Positions 58,565 to 64,000 of a stretch of DNA of 64,000 bases are shown here, piece by piece (the stretch's first letter is position 1; every line of letters begins with the position of its first letter). Below the pieces are notes generated by a model. That model saw only the letters and a list, made by a program, of their open reading frames with translations. It was not told the origin of the DNA and did not search any database. A program made the translations under genes and the position numbers. This stretch comes from a virus, in the IMG/VR virus record IMGVR_UViG_3300048672_000386, positions 2,316 through 66,315 of that record. One strand, 5' to 3'.

Positions 58565-61171
58565 ATGAAACCAACTAACGAACAACAACAAATCTGTGAA
58601 CTTACAGCTACAGGTAACAACCTTCTAGTAAATGCCTTAGCTGGCACGGGCAAAACACAGTCTGGTAAGTTTATTGCTAAGCATCTTCCTAATAAAACCT
58701 GCCTTAGCATCTTCTTTAACAAAAAGAACGCCGACGAAGGTATGGCACAAGCTGACCGTCCAGCTAATATGTTCTACTCAACTATTCATAGCTTGTGTTA
58801 TAAACAAGTTATGAACGCTGGGTTTAAAAGTAAGCTTAATAAGTTTCTGTTATTTGAGGATATTGATACAAGTTTGCTTGTTAAACTGTTAGATAATGAA
58901 GAAGCGTATGCTAAAGGTGAGTACCAAAAGGAACTTAGTAAGTTACAAAGAATTGTCCTTGATTGTATGAAACTTTGGCAACAAAGTGATGAATTTGACT
59001 GTTATACTTTTGTTAGTACACTGTACCCTTCTGCACTAGGCTTTAAGACAGGTAACTTTAAAACTTCTAGTGTGGAAGATTTAGACCTTGTACTTATAAC
59101 AGATGAGCTGGAAGAAAGTAAGAGAAGAAACCTTATTGGAAAGACTTGTTCTGAACTTTGGCAAAGGATGACTAACCCTTCAGATAAAGCAAAAATAACC
59201 CATGATACTTATGTTAAGTTGTTCCAACTACAAGGACTTACTTTCAGAGAAGTTTGGGATGTTAGTAACAAGATGTACTTGAGTATTGACCTAGTAATAC
59301 TTGATGAATGTCTCACTGCTACACAAGCTGTTAAAACAGAACAAGGTTTAATTAGAATAAAAAGGCTTTGTGATACTTTTAATAGAGGACTACCTGTTCC
59401 TAAGATACTTAGTTACAACATTGAACAAGGCATCTACGAATATAAGGAGATGTTATCTTGTTTAACTTCAAAAGATAGAGAAGTGTTGCTTATTAAAACA
59501 GAAGGCTTGAATAAAGTTGAATGTACTCCTAACCATAGATTACTAACACAACGTGGTTATATTAGAGCAGATGAACTTGTTATTGGGGAAGACTATCTCT
59601 TATTAGATACTCCAGATAATCAAAAATCAAAGTATGTATTAGGTGAAGAGCAGTTACAGATTATGCTTGGTTCTTTCTTGGGTGACGGTTGTTTAGCTAA
59701 ACAAAGTAAGTTTCCTACTTATAGACTACAGTTCACTCAGGGAGTTGCTCAAGAACGGTACTTAAGAAGTAAGGCTAAGGCTTTTAACTGCCCTGAACCT
59801 AGAAAGAACATAAGTGGTTATACTGGTAAAGAGTCTATTTTTCAAACATCTTCTAAAATTTTTGTATTGGATAAAGAGCCTTTTGAACTACTAGACTTGC
59901 TTGATGCTAGGGGTCTCGCTGTTTGGTATATGGATGATGGGTCATTAGGTAAGTGCAACAGTATCTGTATTAACTCTAATAACTTTAATTATGCAGAACA
60001 CATTATATTACAACAGCTTCTTTTTAAGAACTTCGGACTTCAAGCTAGTATTAAGAACTACAATGGATTTTATGACTTAAGATTTAATGTTATTGAAAGT
60101 CAAAAACTACTCTTAATGGTAGCCCCTTTCATGCACGAAGACTTAAGATACAAGAACCCTTTTATGAAAGAGTCTTACGACTGGAAGTGTGACTTTAAAC
60201 CTTATGGAGCTAACTTTGTCTCAACTATAGAAGACGCAGGTATTCAAGATGTGTATGATATTGAAGTAGCTGATAATCATAACTTTTGTACAAGTAGAAG
60301 CCTAAATAACACTAGAGCTGGTACAGGTGTAATAGTTCATAACTGCCAAGACAGCAACAGCGTAACACTTGCAATCTTCAATAACCAAACACACTTACAA
60401 CGTATAGCTTGTGGTGATAAGAATCAGAACTTGTACGCTTGGAGAGGTGCAAAGAATGACTTTAGTAGCTTTGCTAGTTGGAACAAAGCTACATTGACGG
60501 AAAGTTTCCGTTTTGGACAAGGCATTGCTGATATTGCTAACAAAGTCTTATCTTTACCAGCTATGGAAACAAGTCTTAGACTTATTGGGCGTGGAACTGA
60601 CAAAGGTACTGGACAAACAGCCATACTTTGTCGAACTAATGCGACTGTTTTACAAATAGTCTTTACCAAGTTACTACTTGGAGAGAAAGTAGCTTGCGTA
60701 AGCAAATTCAACGAGATGGAAAGTATGATGTATCATGTTTTTGCAGTTCTTAATGAACAAGAACCAAAGTTCCCAGTGGCAAGTTTAAAAAGTTTCGATA
60801 CGAAAGAGAAAATGTGGCAAGCAATTGAAAGTAATCAGGAACTTGGGCAGATTTATAAACTTGCAAAGATGATAAGTGATGCAAAGGGTGGTTTATTTAC
60901 TGGACTTAAGTATCTTGAAGAGAACTTGGTTAGTCAGGAAAAGGCTGACTTTATTGTGTCAACAATTCATGCGTCCAAAGGACTAGGTTTTACTAATGTA
61001 GTTATTGCTGATGACTTCCTTGTTCCAATAGTTATTGAAGGTATGCCTTATTACGAAGATGCAATAGAAGACTTGTTAGTTGATAGAGTTAAACTAGCAA
61101 TGTGTTACGTTGCAATAACTAGAGCTGTGAAAACAGTTACACTTCCTTGGTATCTTGAGGGAGTTCTATAA
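58565..61171 (+). CDS. UvrD/REP-like helicase containing an intein
   Basis: ALAGTGKT, TIHS, DE|CQD, GD.NQ.LY.WRGA, SFRFG, STIHASKGL, YVAITRA. Confidence 0.92.
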   Translation: MKPTNEQQQICELTATGNNLLVNALAGTGKTQSGKFIAKHLPNKTCLSIFFNKKNADEGMAQADRPANMFYSTIHSLCYKQVMNAGFKSKLNKFLLFEDIDTSLLVKLLDNEEAYAKGEYQKELSKLQRIVLDCMKLWQQSDEFDCYTFVSTLYPSALGFKTGNFKTSSVEDLDLVLITDELEESKRRNLIGKTCSELWQRMTNPSDKAKITHDTYVKLFQLQGLTFREVWDVSNKMYLSIDLVILDECLTATQAVKTEQGLIRIKRLCDTFNRGLPVPKILSYNIEQGIYEYKEMLSCLTSKDREVLLIKTEGLNKVECTPNHRLLTQRGYIRADELVIGEDYLLLDTPDNQKSKYVLGEEQLQIMLGSFLGDGCLAKQSKFPTYRLQFTQGVAQERYLRSKAKAFNCPEPRKNISGYTGKESIFQTSSKIFVLDKEPFELLDLLDARGLAVWYMDDGSLGKCNSICINSNNFNYAEHIILQQLLFKNFGLQASIKNYNGFYDLRFNVIESQKLLLMVAPFMHEDLRYKNPFMKESYDWKCDFKPYGANFVSTIEDAGIQDVYDIEVADNHNFCTSRSLNNTRAGTGVIVHNCQDSNSVTLAIFNNQTHLQRIACGDKNQNLYAWRGAKNDFSSFASWNKATLTESFRFGQGIADIANKVLSLPAMETSLRLIGRGTDKGTGQTAILCRTNATVLQIVFTKLLLGEKVACVSKFNEMESMMYHVFAVLNEQEPKFPVASLKSFDTKEKMWQAIESNQELGQIYKLAKMISDAKGGLFTGLKYLEENLVSQEKADFIVSTIHASKGLGFTNVVIADDFLVPIVIEGMPYYEDAIEDLLVDRVKLAMCYVAITRAVKTVTLPWYLEGVL
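59309..60343 (+). mobile_element. Intein (345 aa) with LAGLIDADG endonuclease
   Basis: Starts CLT, TPNH block B, LGSFLGDG and WYMDDG motifs, VYDIEVADNHNF...VHN end, +1 Cys. Confidence 0.93.
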
Positions 61172-61318
61172 AGTAAATGAACTTTACTTTTAAAGTAAGA
61201 GAAACCCCAATACTTTCAATGAGTTACGTTTTTAGCTTTATTAGTTATACAGAGTTTTAGCCAAGTGGTTGATACTTAACAGGTTTTAGAAAATAAAGTA
61301 AATCTCTTTTACTTTTAA
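61168..61318. promoter_or_regulatory. Two palindromic operator-like sites AAAGTAAA-N5-TTTACTTT
   Basis: 61170-61190 and 61295-61315, upstream of promoter TTGTTA-17-TATAAT (61326-61354). Confidence 0.75.
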
Positions 61319-61384
61319 CTTTTGCTTGTTAAGTTGTCAATTCTTTAGTATAATTTAACTTTCAAACCTAACGGAGTTAAACAA

Positions 61385-61852
61385 ATGAACCCACTAAAAG
61401 TTTGGTACAAGAAACCAAGAACAGTACATAAAGAGGTATCTATCGTGACTACAGAGAATATCCACCGAACCGTAACTATTGTGACAGAAGATAAATTACT
61501 TGATGAAAACTTAAAAATACCTTGTTGTGCTTATGTGCATCCCGCAGGGTTACAAGAGATTATCAAGAGGTGTCACAAGTCTAGTATCACTATTGCTACA
61601 TTGTTAATATCTGGTTTGCACACTAAAGAGCAAAATAATGAGATTGTTATTAGTATAGCTGAACTGTGCGAGCTTTCAGGATTAAGTAAACCAACAGTAA
61701 TTGCGGCACTTGATAGTTTGGAAGCCAACTATTTTATTAAGCGTATCTGTCAATCAAGATATGGTATTGAACCTTCCTTAGCTTGGTTTGGTAATCAAGT
61801 AGATTGGGCTATTGCACTTAAAGAACACAGAAGTATAAACAAAGGGGCATGA
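61385..61852 (+). CDS. RepL-like winged HTH protein
   Basis: IAELCELSGLSKPTVIAALDSL...FI......Y.IEP.LAWFG. Confidence 0.7.
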   Translation: MNPLKVWYKKPRTVHKEVSIVTTENIHRTVTIVTEDKLLDENLKIPCCAYVHPAGLQEIIKRCHKSSITIATLLISGLHTKEQNNEIVISIAELCELSGLSKPTVIAALDSLEANYFIKRICQSRYGIEPSLAWFGNQVDWAIALKEHRSINKGA

Positions 61853-61936
61853 GATGAAACTAATGCACAACAAAACCCTAAACATTACCATTAAAGTCAC
61901 CGACTTTAGTATTATCAGTGAACTTGAAACCTTTGG

Positions 61937-62119
61937 GTGATACTTAGTATGAAATCTTATACACATTGTTACCAAGACTTTGTACAAGCTTGGGTAGAAC
62001 TGATAGTAGCTATTACTTGGATACTTACCTTTGGCTTCTATAGACCTTGGTGGGATTACTCACTTATAACCTACTTCCGTAAACGTGAACTTAAAAGAAG
62101 GATTAAAAATGGAGAGTAA
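61937..62119 (+). CDS. Small membrane protein
   Basis: Hydrophobic WVELIVAITWILTFG. Confidence 0.5.
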   Translation: MILSMKSYTHCYQDFVQAWVELIVAITWILTFGFYRPWWDYSLITYFRKRELKRRIKNGE

Positions 62120-62429
62120 TAAACAAAAGGTTAAGAAGAAACATAACTGGATGAAGGGTTTTACTATTCCTAAAAGAAAAGACCCTTTAGAACTAGCACA
62201 GTTAGAAACTAGAAGTAAGATTATTAATGACTTTAAAAAGATTAAACGGAGATAAAAGATGAAAAGTAGTCAAATGCGGGAGATTCCCGAAGAAGCTTAC
62301 CAAGAGTTGTTAGAAACAGAGAGAAAGTATCTACTTCTTTTGGAAGAACATAGGAAAGTGGTAAAGAATTTAGAAGAACACGCAGATAATTTAAGAAGTT
62401 TCTTTGAGAAACTTTAATAGGAGTTTAAT

Positions 62430-63002
62430 ATGTCAGATTTAAAGTCTAAACAAACATTGTTAGAGCAAATAGAGTTTCATTCAACTAAAGCTAACCACTA
62501 TAGTGACAAAATAAGTGTTTTAACTAAATTCGCTTTTACAGAAGAGCTTAATGCACAACTGGATAAACTCTTTCGTAGTAAAGAGTATCATTTAAGTATT
62601 AGGAGGAAACTTAAACAAGTTCAAACCTCTCAATATCCTGAAAGTGTAGAAGTTTGTAAGAAACAAATACTACAAGAAGATACTAAAAAGCTACTTGAAT
62701 TACATAAACAAGAACTTGCGTTATTGCATAAAAAGCATCATCAAGCTATGGAAGCTCAAAGGCAAAATTTTAGTAGAATTGTTAAGAAAAATCAGTTATA
62801 TGATAAGCTTTTAACTGCTAAGATGACTAAGTTAGTAGCTATTGCAGAAGTAGGCGCATTAACCTCAGAGATTTTCTTAAAAGCTTTAGAAGATGTTTGG
62901 GAACAACGAGACAAACAAACACAACAAGAGGAGTTCAACTATGACCTTACAGCAATGAAAGAAGCTTTAGCTAGTCCGAAAGAGCTTATAGAAAAACCTT
63001 GA
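62430..63002 (+). CDS. Hypothetical coiled-coil protein
   Basis: AGGAG RBS. Confidence 0.75.
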   Translation: MSDLKSKQTLLEQIEFHSTKANHYSDKISVLTKFAFTEELNAQLDKLFRSKEYHLSIRRKLKQVQTSQYPESVEVCKKQILQEDTKKLLELHKQELALLHKKHHQAMEAQRQNFSRIVKKNQLYDKLLTAKMTKLVAIAEVGALTSEIFLKALEDVWEQRDKQTQQEEFNYDLTAMKEALASPKELIEKP

Positions 63003-63039
63003 ATAAAACAGCCTATAAAAGTAATAAAAGTTAGTTAAT

Positions 63040-63081
63040 AAAAAGCCCAGAAAGATATTAAGTCTTCTGGGCTTTCTTTTT
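63040..63081. terminator. Bidirectional terminator
   Basis: AAAAAGCCCAGAA...TTCTGGGCTTTCTTTTT at convergent junction. Confidence 0.75.
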
Positions 63082-63084
63082 GTT

Positions 63085-63158
63085 TGGCAGTTCTAAGAGG
63101 ATTTGAACCTCTACTCTCACAGTCAAAGTGTGATGTGCTACCGTTACACCATAGAACA
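63085..63158 (-). tRNA. tRNA-Gln (UUG)
   Basis: TGTTCTA acceptor, TGGTGTAACGGTAGCAC D arm, TCACA-CTTTGAC-TGTGA, GTTCAAATC, encoded CCA. Confidence 0.93.
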
Positions 63159-63248
63159 ACTGTTTACTTTCTTCAAACAGCTTACTCTTTCAAATAAACT
63201 CTTTGAAGAACCCTAGTTATTACACTAGGGAACTTCTTTCAAACTTTC

Positions 63249-63806
63249 TTACAAAGAAGAAAGTTGCGCTTTAGCAGCTTCACCATTCAGAATCTTAACA
63301 TGATTCATTAAGACTGCATCTGAACGAATAGCAGTTTTATCTTCTTTGCTTAAAGAGTTCCAAGCATCCAAAGCTTTTTGACGGGCATCTTTATCAGTTC
63401 TGTCTAAGTTATCTCTTACCATAATTGCTTCAACGAACTTAGGAAGTTCAACGGTATCACCGCCACGTTTGCGAGTATTTTCAAAGATTGTACCATCTTT
63501 AACAGAAGCAAATACAGCTTCCACTAAAGCAGGAATGGTTGAAACATCTTTTGCACTAGCAGTTTTGTCGTGGATGAAGGAGGCTATACCACGCAGAGCT
63601 AATTGATTAACAAGTTGTACAGGCAGTTCACTAACTTCAACTTCATAATTAATCGTTTCTTGACCGATGACTTCAACTGTTAAAGCTAATGTTGTTTCCG
63701 TTGTCACTGGTGTTAAAATAACTTTACGAACGCGAGGGGTTTTTTCTACAGCAGTTGGTGTAATTTCGGTTGTTTCAACTGCATTTGTTTCTTTATTTTT
63801 AGCCAT
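63249..63806 (-). CDS. Hypothetical protein
   Basis: GGAG RBS and promoter TTGACA-16-TATAAT (63867-63894). Confidence 0.8.
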   Translation of the reverse strand: MAKNKETNAVETTEITPTAVEKTPRVRKVILTPVTTETTLALTVEVIGQETINYEVEVSELPVQLVNQLALRGIASFIHDKTASAKDVSTIPALVEAVFASVKDGTIFENTRKRGGDTVELPKFVEAIMVRDNLDRTDKDARQKALDAWNSLSKEDKTAIRSDAVLMNHVKILNGEAAKAQLSSL

Positions 63807-64000
63807 GATAGTATCTCCAGTAATGTTTTAAAATTGTTACGAAACTTTATTGCTTCGATGTGGGATATTATACAGTAAGAAATAAACCTGTCAATAGTTT
63901 AATTAAATCAGTTTGTATTTTAAAGGTAGGTAGGTAAGAAAAAATGAAAATAGTTTGTAAAACAATAGTTTAAAATAAAACCCCAACCCAACCCCAGACA

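Noticed and set aside
1-64000. Stop-codon reassignment
   Set aside because: Core genes are full length in the standard code, and the tRNA-Gln anticodon is UUG, not a suppressor

Overview
AT-rich tailed phage (siphovirus) genome segment; no host genes are apparent. 1-19.1 kb (minus strand) is a lambda-like head/tail operon: terminase GpA, gpW, portal, protease/scaffold, decoration protein, gpE-like capsid, tail tube, chaperones, and a >2000-aa tape measure with an SLT domain that runs off the left edge and is missing from the ORF track. 19.2-26.5 kb (plus strand) holds the tail-tip L/K/I/J and fibre genes, transcribed divergently. 26.6-32.3 kb has two divergent Rep_3-type initiators, each with its own iteron set. 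They bracket a cos-like site, a block of small early-type genes and a 1.4-kb repeat-rich non-coding region. 32.5-55.6 kb (minus strand) is a DNA metabolism arm: NrdJb-like, DnaQ exonuclease, methyltransferase, RepL-like HTHs, ThyX, dUTPase, UDG-fused PolA, Sak4-like ATPase, PD-(D/E)XK nuclease, NADAR, HNH, Dda-like helicase, plus a hairpin-dense leader. 56-63 kb (plus strand) has a Cys/acidic protein, an M28 peptidase, an intein-containing UvrD helicase and another RepL-like gene, followed by tRNA-Gln. Most notable: five plasmid-initiator-like genes with distinct repeat/operator cassettes, a duplicated tail chaperone that appears to replace the G/GT frameshift, recurring G-rich and CsrA-like motifs, and a candidate structured RNA. 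All family calls are by-eye motif recognition; no searches were run.
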